A DNA stretch of 64,000 nt. Source: Octopus sinensis. Lineage: Eukaryota. Positions 25,690 through 40,354 of the stretch are shown here, piece by piece. Within the stretch, counting starts at the first letter, position 1. Each line of letters opens with the position of its first letter. Below the pieces are notes generated by a model that worked only from the letters and a program-made list of their open reading frames with translations, did no database searches and was not told the DNA's origin. Where the stretch lies: contig NC_043015.1 of assembly GCF_006345805.1 (NCBI RefSeq), positions 20,770,001 to 20,834,000 of the forward strand. The letters run 5' to 3'. Both the position numbers and the translations under genes were made by a program.

Positions 25690-27230
25690 TCCGGCTTTTA
25701 GCGATGAGACTACACCGCTTGCGGACACCGTAGTGTTACACTGTAATCGAACGCTTTCTTACCTTTGAATAGCATTTGTGACGTGGAAAGAAGCTACTTA
25801 CATGCATGAACCTTTGCTGGTTTCTATGGAAACCTTGCTTGGTCCTGCAACATAAAAAGACACTTTCCTAGTGTAGGTCATTTGACCTACGAGATATATA
25901 GTAACTCGGGAATATAAATACAGTAAAATCTTTGCTGTACTTATAAATGCATAAGTAGATAGACACCCGATCTGATAGAAAGACTTGATAAACATTCCTC
26001 AATACACACGCTACTGTCTTGGATAAGAAATTAGACACTGGAGAATTTAATGTTAGGTCTACATTTATCAAAACATGGTGGTCCTAACTGGAAGGCCTTT
26101 CACGTGCGAGTAAACAAATGCAAAAGCAACATCTGCAGCATCACCATCTATTAATTCAGGCCTTCTTTTGCTTGTCTTTTCTGAATTTACTAAAATGGTT
26201 TTGATTTCCGATAACTAGATGACTGCTTAGCACATATCCAAATCCACTCGATGCGCTTTACCCTATTACTCTTGTAACCACTACTGTGGCGCCTCTTTTC
26301 TTTTAGTACATTATTATACATATTACACATATTATAACATGTTTATATTGGAGCTATATCAGCTTTCCTGTCCATCTTTCTTGTAAAACAAATCGAGAAA
26401 GAAATTTTCAAACTGTGTTTCAACTACATATATTTCTATATTTTGCGAAGACTTAAAACTATCAGTTTTTGACATCCTCCCACACCTTTTTCTGCTTAAT
26501 TTATTATATCCTTCATTAAAGTACAAGATGTTTTAATTTTGCTTATCTTAATCTGAGCTGCTTTTGTCATTGATGTCATCCGTAATCCAACAGTCTTTCG
26601 GGCAACATGTGCTTCGACAGACAAGATTTCGAATCACCGATCAGTTGCCGGTCCACTACATGTTTGTTGATGATCCTATTCACTCCAACATATAGCATTT
26701 ATCATAAAGTGCATTTTTATACGCATCACTTCTTAATGTTCCATCTGGTGTCTGGTATGTTTGTAAAACGTTTCGAAAGATGAACTCGGTCTAAGCACCG
26801 CAGTTGCTGCTTCTCTTCTCGTGTTATTTGTGATGTGTATCGCAGCGCAATGTTTGATCGCTAATAAGTGTTTCATTTAGTTGTAGCTTAGTCCTGAATG
26901 AGACAGTCCGATGATCAAAGATATTCCAGTCGGGGCCATCTATCAGATTTCACACAAAATATAACTTGATACATTATGCATCCATTCTTTTTCTTATATC
27001 GCTGTTATATGGTAGACGAAGAGGTTATTTCTGGTAGGTCGGGCGCCATATAACCGAACCTTGTTTGGCTGCTGCTAAGAATGGTTTTCACGTGAGTGAA
27101 TTTGTCTTCTGCAAATTACCAGCAACAAAATCTCCTCCAATGACGACAGTGGCGCAATATCTCTGAACGCCAATGTAATCGTATCTCATTAGCTTCAATA
27201 ATCGAACATTTCCGATAGACAAAATATGCT
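25690..27230 (-). pseudogene. Highly decayed APE-type LINE ORF2 fossil (RTE/CR1-like)
   Basis: Minus-strand motif remnants in the expected order: VVIGGDFVA (cf. GDFNA), IFDHRTV (cf. SDHR), CWITDDI (cf. WIT), GVRKRCSL (cf. GVRQGCSLSP). Many stops and frameshifts. Confidence 0.5.
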
Positions 27231-27728
27231 GTATTGTGATAAGTTTAAATGTGGAATGGCGTTATCGAAATAGCAAAAACAAGCACAACTATAGACACGC
27301 ACACATATATAACACGAAGAACTGTGTCGTACGCAAGGCAAGTGGTGGAGCTGAATATTTATATAAAGAGTAATAATATGTCTAGATCATAGATTGAGGT
27401 TATTCGGAGTTTCATGTCTCAATAGAAAAACCATCAAACACGTGTTACTTATTCTATAATACTATATTTTATAATATTTTGCCATGAGTATATAAACATG
27501 AGCCTGTTGATTCAATTCATGTAAGACGTAGCAGGGCCTTGTATAGAATATATATCGCTATTGCCTTATATATATGTCTATTGCTTTCTATATGACTATT
27601 GCCCCTCATAAATCACACAATATATATATCTGTCTTTATGCCTACAACAAAAACACATTTTCCACATACATACAGGACATGTATTTCTGCATTTATATAC
27701 ATGTTTGTAAACACACACACACACACAG

Positions 27729-27768
<40 letters not shown>

Positions 27769-28080
27769 TAGTAGTATTTTCGCGCAGTGATATTGCATTA
27801 GGGTATTTATGGCGCATTTGATCTTGTTAAGATCAAATGTCGATACTATCGTTTCGTATTGAAGCTATACCAAGCAGACCGGCCGACAGTCAGGCAGGCA
27901 GGCTGGCAGGCTGGCTGACTTAGCTTGACGTGAAGCCGTTTTGCAGTCTAATGGTCCGAAACAGCTGGAACTCACCAATTGAATAAACGCTTTTTCCCTT
28001 TATTTTTACATTTTAAAATGTACTTCCCCCAAAATATAGAAAAAAAAAAGTAATGAAAGAAATAGGGTTATGAAAAACGA

Positions 28081-28143
<63 letters not shown>

Positions 28144-28322
28144 TATATATATATATATGCACTTATCTATGTATTCACGCCTAAATGTTTGTACATAAAA
28201 ATGTATAGCTCTATCTATATACACACATTTGTTTATATATATACACTTATCTATATATGAATACATAAACATATATACATAAAGACATAAAGCTCTACAG
28301 CCAAACATTTGGTGACTATACA

Positions 28323-28358
<36 letters not shown>

Positions 28359-28778
28359 TGTATATATATATATTATATATACGCCAAAATATATGCATAA
28401 ACATACAAAGCTATATCAATAATATATGCATGTTTGTGTGTGTATGTTTTTATATATATATGTATGTGTGTGTGTCTATACATATATACATACACACATA
28501 TAAATAAACACTAATGCAGTAAGCCCCGTTTCAAAGGAACTTTAGAAATTCAGGTAAGCAAAAATCTCAGAAACTAAAGCAAGCATATAACTCTCTTGAT
28601 GTGTAGTATTTCTTTCTTTTTTTTTCATTTTGATCGTTTATTTATTTTTTATATTCTTGTTTATTTTTTTAAGGGACCGGCGTTTCGATTCGTTTGATTT
28701 CATTCCGAATTTTTTATACACTTTGTTTGTAATATATATCTTTACACACTCGCACACACATACACACACACATACACA

Positions 28779-28810
<32 letters not shown>

Positions 28811-29383
28811 TACATACATATACACACATGTATGTATATTTTCCCATATCCGCATTTTAGAATTTTTTTCTTTTTGTTTCATCAGAAGGCCCTTACTTTC
28901 AAAGGTAATGTTTTCGCTGGAAGGGCAAAATTAGTCGATTTTATTTCGCACTATTTCCTGTTCACCAGTCAAGGAAGACTTCAGAACTTCACAACTAGCA
29001 TGAAAACAAACCTTTATTCCCCCTTGTTCCTCTTTGTTTTTACCACTACATTTTTTAAAAATATTTTTTTTATTCACTTCTGTATTTAATGTTGCAGGGG
29101 AATGTTGATTTACTTTGAAACGTGCTGATGGCGGCGAGGTTTGTGGAAGTTCTGTAGGATAACATACAAGATAAAATAGAAAAACAAAATGAGGTGGACC
29201 TACACTGAACATGCTAATAATATATAGTTCCCTTCCCCTCCATGTTTTCCATTACATACATACGTACGTATATATATATATTTCAATTAGTGTATAGTCA
29301 CGAAAATATAAGAAACGGATCACTAGTCACAGAGCACGCCTCATTCAATACATACATGCATGCGCACACCAAAAATATTAAAT

Positions 29384-29416
<33 letters not shown>

Positions 29417-29420
29417 GTTC

Positions 29421-29466
<46 letters not shown>

Positions 29467-29506
29467 CATAACATATATATACATATAACAATAGTAATCA
29501 CAACAC

Positions 29507-29540
<34 letters not shown>

Positions 29541-29556
29541 TATATATATATTATAA

Positions 29557-29588
<32 letters not shown>

Positions 29589-29655
29589 CAATATATATAT
29601 ATATATAATTATATATATAATATATATATATATATATTATATCAATATATATATT

Positions 29656-29992
29656 CTTTCAGTGGTTTCAGTTAATTGACTGCGGCCATGATGGAGCACC
29701 GCCTTTAGTCGAACAAATCGACCCCAGGACTTATTCTTTGTAAATCTAGTACTTATTCTATCGGTCTCTTTTACCGAACCGCTAAGTTACGGGAACATAA
29801 ACACACCAACATCAGTTGTCAAGCGGTGGTGGGAGGACAAACACACCAACATATATACATACGTCGGGTTTCTTTCAGTTTTCGTCTACCAAATCTACTC
29901 ACAAGGCTTTCGTCGGCCCGAGGCGATAGTGGGTATAGAACACACTTGCCCAGTGTGTCACGCAGTGGGACTGAACCCGTAACTATGCGGTT
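29656..29992 (-). mobile_element. SINE family A, near full length (extreme 5' end missing)
   Basis: Complete order tail - microsatellite - gggtttctttcagttttcgtctaccaaatc - CORE (acacttgcccag) - gggactgaaccc B box. Confidence 0.9.
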
Positions 29993-30090
29993 ATTCGACT
30001 AAATCCTTCAGCGCAGCTGCGCCTCAACTTGGGTACTGTCCAATGCTTGAAACAAATTCTCTCTTCCTCTGTCGCTGTCTTTCTGTCTGT

Positions 30091-30146
<56 letters not shown>

Positions 30147-30512
30147 GTACATAAATTAGAGAAGAAACACCATGAAGCAATTCAACAATGATATACTTAA
30201 ATCATACGTATAGAAAAAATAGAAGATACGATAAAACATTTACCTAGAACTAAATAAAATACTAAATAATAAATATTCCCTATTATTGTTATTATCATTA
30301 TTATATATATAATATATATAAATAATATATATATTTAAATAGATGATATATATATATATATATATATGCACACACACGCACGCACACATACACAATCACA
30401 CACACACACATACACACACATATGCATATATGGGTACAGGATGTCACAAACCGTAAACCGTAGTTGGGTATTGAGAGAGAAACATTATATATATATATTG
30501 ATATATATATAT

Positions 30513-30555
<43 letters not shown>

Positions 30556-30699
30556 CTTCTCTCTCTGTACCCAATCAAGAAAATGAACATATCTTAATAG
30601 AAGGCAATTTGGCTTCTGTCTTTCCAGAGTCGCTACAATGAACCAACGCTTACTGCATTGGAATCGATATTATTGATTACATCCTTTCTCACACATGTT

Positions 30700-31225
30700 T
30701 AGGGTGAGGGAGAAATCTTCATATGTATATAAGTGACGGCGATCATAACCCCGTATCTCTTCCTTCCATCCGCACATCTGAGCAAGTTACTGGATCGGAT
30801 CGTCTCTAACCAGCTGATAAGACCATCTGGTACCTTCGTCTCTGTTTTCTCTGCTTTTCTCTCCTCATTAGCTTTCTAGTTGTTCATGAATGCTCCAAGC
30901 TCTCTCTTTTCATACGATGTCCAATGCAGTTAGCCTGTTAACCACATTATGTTCTTAAAGAACTTTCTAATGCTTTCCGCTTGTCTGAAGACTTCAATGT
31001 TTGTTACTCTATTTTATATGCGATATTTTTACCACTCGTCTAATGAACTTCATCTATGCAGCAATGCCAAGTTTTGCGCTTATTCTCTGAGGTCCCGGGT
31101 CACATAAACGTAAGTAAGGATGGGTTGGGTATATGCATCTAAGACCCTATTTCTCGTTCATATTGAAAGCCGAATATTTCTATTTGTGGAATCAAAATGG
31201 AATCTGCAATTTTTCAAACAGGGTA
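30700..31225 (-). pseudogene. RTE-clade LINE 3' fragment
   Basis: Minus-strand remnants QPILTYVYVTRDL, AA*MKFIRRVVKIS and IGHRMKRESLEHS*TTRKL match the RTE ORF C-terminus pattern (PILTYG.E.W / AAEMWF.RRM..IS / GHVMRRE.LEH..TTGK). Confidence 0.7.
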
Positions 31226-32124
31226 TTATGGAAACAAAAGAAAAGAAAGTGCATGAAAGATTCTCTAAACTAATGAGCAAACTGAGCTATTAGGCAAAAC
31301 TTCCATTCATGAGCATTTAATCATTTTCTTAGATATAGAAAAAATTCAACAATAACACCATTGTCAGTAACAAAAAAGTGTTAAAGAAAATAATGCTAAA
31401 GAGAACAACAAGAGGACAACAAAACTGAAAGTGAAAGTAAAAGAGAATATCTGATTCTGGTATCCTATGTGCTTGATCTTTTTCGAAACAGATCCCTGTG
31501 TGATATGAAAGAGAATTTAGCTGTTATCTCTAACAGTTCGATTGACCACATGGAGGCTAATTTGGTAAATGAAATATCGAGTTTAGTGTTTTGGTGAACA
31601 TTGTCTGTCCTCATTGCTAATAATTACATAATTTCCCTAACAATTAAGATTAATAGGATATACAAAACAAATACAATCGATTCGGTAATATTTAATATAT
31701 TCAGTTAGAAATATTAATTCTTTTTATTGAAAATAAGATTAAGTATAATTGTAAAACGCTTAGACTTAAGATAAAAGAATTCGATGTATATATGGAGTGA
31801 AGATACAAGAGATCGAAAGTATATCAATTTCGCCCCGTGCCTTGTTGACCCCTCTCTCCTCTGCGCACTGTACCGTTCAAAATCCTGTAGTTATTGGTGT
31901 GTTGAAAAGTAATTACAATAGACTGCAATTAATACTGTTTCTGTGTTTGATTTTATTTTGCTCCCATAGAACCCTTCTCATCATGCCTTTTAATTAAATC
32001 TGACAGAATACAAAGGCTTTCCGATACAACAAAACTGCCTCTGTTTCTAACAAAAACCAACGAGCAAAACAGTATTCGGTCAAGTGATCGACTTGAAATG
32101 GCCGCGAAATCTCTCTCGAGCCTT

Positions 32125-32330
32125 ATTGGGCGAGGGAGAAATCTTCATAAGCATATCTTGGCACGTTATTGTATCGGTCTATCTCTAACCAACTGACATG
32201 ACCATTATATGCATTCTCGCACTGTTATCTTCGCCTCCTTTCGTTTCCTAGTTGTCTTTAAATGTTTAAGGCTCACTTTTCACATATGATGTCGAATGTA
32301 GTTAACCTTCGTGATTTTGAAAAATTTTCT
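32125..32330 (-). pseudogene. Second RTE-clade LINE 3' fragment
   Basis: Shares ggg.gagggagaaatcttcata and tctctaacca.ctga.a.gaccat with the 30.7-kb copy. Minus strand reads YIRHHM*KVSLKHLKTTRK. Confidence 0.6.
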
Positions 32331-32568
32331 AGTGTTTTCTTTTCGTTTAATGTATACGTTTGAGATACAGTGATACAGAATTTTAAAATGATGAAATGCA
32401 AACAGTAACGCCGACTTGCAACCTGGGCACGTTTAAAACAAGGTTGATTTAGCAATGAACTAACCCTATGAACGCATCTGTACAACACTAAAGAAAGTAA
32501 ACACCGAAACCCATTTCAGTCAGAAGTAAACATTCCACTAAACGAAGGCGGTTTATATATCGTTCATC

Positions 32569-32814
32569 TTTTACTCGGTTCAATCATTAAGCAGTGACCA
32601 TACTGGAGCACCGCCTTGAGGAATTTTTAGTCGAATAAATCTAACCCAATAGAGATTTTATTTTAAAGTCTGGTCCTTATTCTTTCGGTCTTTTATACCA
32701 AATCGCTTAGTTAAATGGAAACGAACCAACACCAGTTCTCAAGCACTAAGGTGAGGAACAAATGCAGAGAGAGAAAGATAACCCCAACTCCATATATATA
32801 TATACATATGTATG

Positions 32815-32846
<32 letters not shown>

Positions 32847-32985
32847 CGACGGGCTTCTTTCAGTTTGTCTACCAAATCCACTCACAAAGCTTTGGTCGAC
32901 CCGAGGCTATAGAAGAAGAAATTTGCCCAAGAAGCTGCACAGTTGATGAACCCGGGACAATGTAGTTGGGAGGCAAATTTCTTAT
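32569..32985 (-). mobile_element. SINE family A, near full length
   Basis: Tail, TA tract, cgacgggcttctttcagtttgtctaccaaatccactcacaaagctttggtcgacccgaggctatag, CORE and head. Confidence 0.85.
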
Positions 32986-33261
32986 CAAACAACTCCCTAC
33001 ATTTTAAGCTGGCGCTCTCCTATTTCCAAAAGAAATTTGGTAAGAATAACATGAATACACACACAAATACTTGCTGGCATAAATGAGCGTTTAATAAATT
33101 CCCTAAACGACCATGTTAATTGGGATTTCATCCAAATGCATGACGTCAAAGCCAAGTGTTTTCTACAATAGTCTGAAATGGACAAACTGTTGAAGAAAAT
33201 TGGCAGCCAGAAATTGAGTAATTGACCATTGCAATTATATATTTATGAAGGAATATATATG

Positions 33262-33364
<103 letters not shown>

Positions 33365-33454
33365 CGAGTGATTGGACTAAGAAAAGAAAGAGGCAATCAA
33401 TACATTTAGTAGGTGTTTCATATATATATATATATATATAATATATAATATATA

Positions 33455-33531
<77 letters not shown>

Positions 33532-34256
33532 TTGAGACAGCTCCATATAACGAGGCACCAAAGAAGATATCTGATGTGATGCATTCCTGATACGATCCGA
33601 CCAATCCTCAAGTCGTATGGGGCTGTGCTAAAATTTCTATATATATAAATAAATAAATATATATATATAATATATAAAATTTTACATTTAAAGCCTTTTT
33701 TTGATATGCTCGCCATTGATAAAATTTTTTCCCGAACCCGAAAAATTTTTTATCCTATATCAATTATATATATATTTATATATATATATATATGTATATA
33801 TATGTGTGTGTGTGTGTGTGTTTGTATATATACACATATATGCGTGCTTGTGTCTGTGTGTTTCTGTGGACAACTTCCCTTTGGCGAATTGGAGAACACC
33901 ACCCTCCTGTGAACTGAGCAGGAGTATCGCTGTCTTTAAATAACTCCAATTGATTCCATTCCATCTGGCTTTATGACTGTACGGTCAAAAGGGGCGTAAT
34001 TCTAATTATCTTTGTTTTCCCTCCGTTTTTTTCCCACCGTTCTACACTTTGCACCCGTCTTTTCGTTTTCCCTCATTAATACTTTTGTTCTACTGTCCTG
34101 ATTTGTAATTTATATATGCCATGTGCCCAGAGCTTAAGGTTTAATTGGGGACAATAGGCGTTTTATTGAAACTTGCCAAGTTAACATCGCCAATGTATGA
34201 AACTACTTGTAGTTCCTGACTATATACTGTGTAAATTAAACTATATATATATATAT

Positions 34257-34693
34257 ATATTGTTATATGTCGGAATGGTCATTTTGCCAGTTTAGCCAAT
34301 AAAAACACACGCACTATATATTTGGTGTTACTTTGCTTCTGTGTTATTTATTTTTTACATTAATCTTAATCTTATTTCGGCCAGAGTTCTTTCGTCACAC
34401 TCCTGTGACCGCATCAGTGGTCCTTTGTTTTCTTCTTACTTATTTGTGTCTCTCCTTACTAACCGTCAGCCATTTTGTATTTCTATTGTATGTCTTCATT
34501 TGTGCATGCTTATATCTCTATGTGCGTTTATGTTTATTTAGTGTGTGTATGTAGGGGATGCCTGTAATATTTGTATCTTTTGTTTATATATGTTCATGTA
34601 ATTTGTATTTTGTATTTTGTTTTTTGCTTTTTGTTTTTGTTGGTTTTTTTTGGGCTAAACTGGCAAAATGACCATTCCGAAATATAACAATAT
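34257..34693 (-). mobile_element. Short element with 41-bp terminal inverted repeats and an internal hammerhead-like motif (family H2)
   Basis: 34257-34297 vs 34653-34693 are reverse complements with 1 mismatch. HHR-like motif at 34379-34423. Confidence 0.65.
34379..34423 (-). ncRNA. Hammerhead-like variant (A9 replaced by C, plus one extra G)
   Basis: GGACCA-CUGAUGC-G-GUCAC.AGGAGU.GUGAC-GAA-AGAACU-C^UGGCC. Helix II is a perfect 5 bp and helix I pairs 4 of 5. Confidence 0.45.
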
Positions 34694-34729
34694 CTGTTTC
34701 AACACACGACTTCACATAAAAAATCTTGC

Positions 34730-34834
<105 letters not shown>

Positions 34835-35593
34835 CACATTTACAAAATAGAAAAATTAAAAATCATAAAAATGATTTATTGATATTTTATCGTATAAATA
34901 TATCAATTTATATCCATACCTAATTTTCTGAAATACTTATGAGGCTCACGCAAATACACACACACACACACACTGACACACACACACACACAGACACACA
35001 CACACACACAGACACACACACAGACACACACACACACAGATTTGTATTGTGCACTTTTGGTTTTAAATACACCCCCCACCATGTGTGGGGTTCTTTGTAG
35101 ATTTTTTTTTCTGTCACATTCTAAATTGTTTGCTCTGATATCTATTTGTATTTATCATGCCGGATCATATAGCTTTTACAGCCCCAAAAGACAACAAATA
35201 GTAATAGTAGTTAGGGCAATAGTAAAAACAAAAAATGGCCAGTATAAACTAAATACAAATAAATAAATGATCAAAGTAAACAAAACGACCAGTTCAAGAA
35301 TAAAAAAAACAACACAAAACGAAACGATAAAAATAAGAGAAAAAGAAACAAACAAAAACGTATGCTGCTTAGATGTTCTCTATCACCAGAGCGCTATTAA
35401 TGTTTAGAGATCGTATTGTTTCTTGTGTTGATTGCGGCTGGTTTCAAAACTCAAAATACATCAGAGAACAGCGTCCATTAAATGGGTTGGTCAAAGGCAA
35501 TGCTAACTACTTATACTCATGCATCCTTTACATCATGGAACAATAAACATGGAATCATAACACAAATATTTGTATTTGAATAAAAGCATCTAT

Positions 35594-35653
<60 letters not shown>

Positions 35654-35905
35654 AAACACACACACAAATACACACAGACACATATATACACATACGCATA
35701 CTTTTCTTGTGGGTCCACAAGACTACCAATAGTTTCATGCAAATAGGAATCTCTTCACAATTATCTATCCTGCCACATGGGAACGTTGGGATTCTACTCC
35801 ATTTGGATGGGAATACGGCACACACTGATTATAACATGTTCATATGTGTGGCCATATGCAGAAAAGTAATGTGTTCTAAGTATTATATGAAACAAAATGC
35901 AGAAA

Positions 35906-36003
<98 letters not shown>

Positions 36004-36019
36004 ACACTCTGTTTCACTG

Positions 36020-36067
<48 letters not shown>

Positions 36068-36085
36068 ACAGGCATATACATTATA

Positions 36086-36292
36086 CAGTATTCCCTCGAC
36101 TAAAGTGGGTGTTACGTTCCAAAAGTTCCCACAGAAATAATTAAAATCTTAAAAAAATATAAATACCTATCGGCCGCCACAAGCTGTGATATACTGAGGA
36201 GTCCGCGATATAAATTTACATATATTAGCGAGAAAAATCCGCGACGTACTGAGTGCGCGATAGGCTAAATGCGATATGGTGACAGATTACTG
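36086..36292. mobile_element. Tigger/pogo-like MITE
   Basis: TA|cagtattccctcgac ... gacagattactg|TA with degenerate TIRs and internal repeated ccgcga(t/c)a motifs. Confidence 0.55.
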
Positions 36293-37418
36293 TATATGTT
36301 TATGTATAATTCTATGATGTCTTGTAGTTTCTGTAAAAGTTATATATGTGTATGTATACAAACACAACACTGTACATACATAATATCTGTGTGTGTGGGT
36401 GTGTGTTTACGTAGGGAAAAGTGGAGAATTATGATATTGTTTGAAAGTGCAAAGAAGGGGATGTGTTTGGTGTTTCAGAGAAAAGCTTTAAAGTAATGGT
36501 AGCACTGCTACCAATAACGGTAGCACCGGAGGAGGCAGCATCAGTGATGGTATTAGTTTCGTTTATGATAGAATAATTACAGTGATTCATTGGCGATTAA
36601 GTAAAAAAAAAAATGCTCCCGATTATATTTTAATCATATCATTATTTTGACATCGTACGCTATCATAGCATATCTTTTGACATCAAATTTATTCTAAATG
36701 GAAACTTTAAGGGGCGCTTCTGTGTATCTCTTCTCCGCGCCTTTATTTAAGATATCATCATGTCTAACTGTTCATTCACAGCCATCTTGAGTCTTCTCTA
36801 GAAGTTGGCAGATTTGGCAGCCATGTGATATTTAGATTTGCTGAGGAGGATAATATTAATGCGAACATTCCGAGATTTGTCTCCATATCCTTAAAGATCA
36901 AACTCGCCCCATGCTTTAATCTACCTGTAATTAACATTTTGCAAGTGTATCACATGTGAATATCTGAACGTTTGTGTTTTTCTTTTGTGTACGCAAGTAG
37001 AGAGGCATATGTTTGTGACATTTACATTCGTAATTAAAAACATGCTTACGTGTGTCTAGTTTTGTCCTTGAGAGCAGTCGCTGGAGACACAACAATTCAG
37101 TTGGAAACTTCACCTGCGTGTGTGTCATAAGAATGACCTGCAAATGTTGCAGCGGAAGAGTGTTTGTACACTGTTCCTCACTCCCTCTTTTTCTGTCTCT
37201 CACGCACGCATATATGTACCTCCATATATATGTATTTGGAGTATAAACACGTATGAGCATATATATATATATATATATATACGAAAATATATATGCCTGT
37301 ACACGTAACACACACAGGTATGGTTTATATATATGTAAACCATGTGTGTGTGTATGTGTATATATACATATATGTATGTATAATATATATATATATATAT
37401 ATATAATATATATAATAG

Positions 37419-37468
<50 letters not shown>

Positions 37469-38299
37469 ATATATATACATATATGTATATCATAATTAAT
37501 ATATATATATAGTGGGGGGCTCCGTGTGAGAGATAGAGATAACATCGAATAGAATTCCATTGCAAACTTTGCAGGTTATTCAAAGGATCATAAGATTGAT
37601 GTGTGTGCGTATGTATGTGTGTGTGTGTGTGCAGAGATAGAGATAGAGAGAAGGAAACGAGAGAGATACGATGGCAACAGAAAGAAGGAGATGCTTTTAC
37701 AAATGAATATATATTGATATCAGTGTATGTTACAGAAGAGCAAAATATCCGCCCGTGAAACTATGGGACAGGGAAAAAATAATGAAATAAAATGATAAAC
37801 CCCAGAGATACAAATATCACTAACACATAAATACATACAACTAAAAAGATACAATAATAACAATATTGTCAGTAACAAAATAATGCTAAAGAGAACAACA
37901 AGAGAAACACAATTGAAACAGGTACAAACAACATTAATAATAACAAGTAGAAACAGAAGGGAAATGCATATGAAATAACGAAGAGATGAATAAGGACAAC
38001 AAAACCGAAAGTGAAAGTGAAAGAGAGTGGGGTGGAAATATATTAATAACAACAGCAAATTGCATCAGGAACAACAGAGAGGGAAACAAATTTATGTTGT
38101 TTTCAATTTTTCTATGAGTGGGTGTATATGTGTGCATAAACATCTGTGTGTGTATGTGTGCGCGCGTGATGAAATAACGAACAGAAAGGAAGTTTATAGA
38201 AATAAATATAAAATAAATAGTGCTAACAATGAAGGGAAAAATTATTGAAAAGAACGTAGGAATACATTAACCTGTATAAATATAAGAACAACAACGATG

Positions 38300-38362
<63 letters not shown>

Positions 38363-38621
38363 ATTAGAAGAAATGCTAGGATGCTTCCAATTGTATGTTT
38401 CATAATTGGATGAGGTAAATACTTTAGGGAAAGATAGGGAAAATAATGTGGTTGAAAATGGTGGTGAGGGGGACTAGAGACTTCTAAGCGCAATCTTCTT
38501 TCACTTCTACTTTGCGAGCTAATTTACTGTTTTCAGAGCAGCTTTAGAAAATAAATAAAATAAATAAATGATATGATAAAATAAATAATAAATAGATGTT
38601 ACGGAGATGTACTTGGATGGA

Positions 38622-38673
<52 letters not shown>

Positions 38674-38689
38674 ATCTCTATATATAATA

Positions 38690-38720
<31 letters not shown>

Positions 38721-38906
38721 GCTTCATGCAGTGAGTATTTCATATGAAAATACAGATTTCCTTTGTGGATGTATGCCGAAGCAATTTCCGGCCAAGCTGC
38801 CATGTTTTATCAAACCGGAGAAGTGTTAACGAGATAGAAATTTCTTATCCCGCAAACTTTCTAGCTTTCTGAGAATGCCTGAATATTACATCAGGTATAT
38901 ATACAT

Positions 38907-38991
<85 letters not shown>

Positions 38992-39030
38992 ACATACATA
39001 CATACATACATATATATATATTTATCTATC

Positions 39031-39075
<45 letters not shown>

Positions 39076-39409
39076 TATATATATATATATATATAATATA
39101 TATACATACACATATATATATACAAACATACATACATACGTGCATACATATATATATATATATATTCATATACGTTTATGAATTTGCGTTGCAAGATTCC
39201 TGACGTGAAACCGGGAGATGAAACAGATATTGTATTTCCATATGGTAATTCTTTTTTGTCAAATAAACACATGCACTATGTCTTCACTCGTTCATTACTG
39301 TCCTTATTGTAACTCATGTCGATTGTCCGGAAATCATCCACATTTTCTGTCCTCGTGTGTGACCCTGCTCCGCTTAGTCCAATAGATTATATATATATAT
39401 ATATATATA

Positions 39410-39500
39410 TTCTTTTACTCTTTTATTTTTTCTGCAGCCCATGCTGGAACAACTCGTTTAGTCGAACAATTCTACCCCAGAACTTATATATTTTACGTAT
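39410..39500 (-). mobile_element. SINE family A tail fragment
   Basis: tcttttactctttta...cccatgctggaacaactcgtttagtcgaacaattctaccccagaactta. Confidence 0.65.
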
Positions 39501-40038
39501 GTTTTTATTCCATGTATTCTTTTGGTGCAATCAACAGACCACGATACATAAACTTGCAGGGAGATACTGCACAAACACACACACACACACACACACACAT
39601 TAGTACGTATACCGATACACATATTCATAGACATATATATATATAAATATATAGAAATATATTTACATACATACACATGTATGTATTATGTGTATATATG
39701 TGTATATGCACACGATTCAAATATGCAGTAGTGAGAGAAAAGTACCCGGTGTGCACAGAGCGTAACATTAATGAACGAATGTCAACGGCACAGGACCAGG
39801 TGTTACGTAAACCCTTCCATTACCTGACAGCAGTTCTTCTATATGAAACAGAAGCACTGAAATCTGAGTTCTGGTATGACAATCTTATAGCTACTTTGGA
39901 ACTATTCAAATGGTGTGTAGTTCTATAGGGTAACGAAATTTAAATGCATAAACATGTTCACACTTCCTCACAAAGCAAGAGTTACTATACTTGTAGTGCT
40001 ACCTTACTAGTTTTTGTATTAGTAAGCTCAATATCCTC

Positions 40039-40097
<59 letters not shown>

Positions 40098-40100
<3 letters not shown>

Positions 40101-40286
40101 GGAGAATTCACAAAGAAACAAAAGCCGAGACAGGTAGTGTAGACAACATACAGATGTATTAGTATAACGCTCAGGAAGTGAAAAAGTCTTTAACGTTTCG
40201 ATCCTACGCTCTCCCACGGAAAGGATCACAGTCAGAAACAAGGAGAGAAAATAAAGAATGTGTAGTGGCTAGCGATTTATCATGGC
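40098..40286 (-). mobile_element. Short repeat family H3a with a degenerate minimal hammerhead
   Basis: Aligns with 59671-59886 (ggtagtgta.acaaca.acagatgt...tataacgctc...aaaagtctttaacgtttcga.cctacgctct...tagtggctagcgat.tatcatggc). Confidence 0.65.
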
Positions 40287-40308
40287 AAAGGCCGGACACA
40301 CACAACAC

Positions 40309-40351
<43 letters not shown>

Positions 40352-40354
40352 GTA

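Noticed and set aside
33420-33470. Mirrored AA/TT phase slips within many (TA)n tracts
   Set aside because: Cannot be separated from sequencing or consensus error in TA repeats without raw reads.
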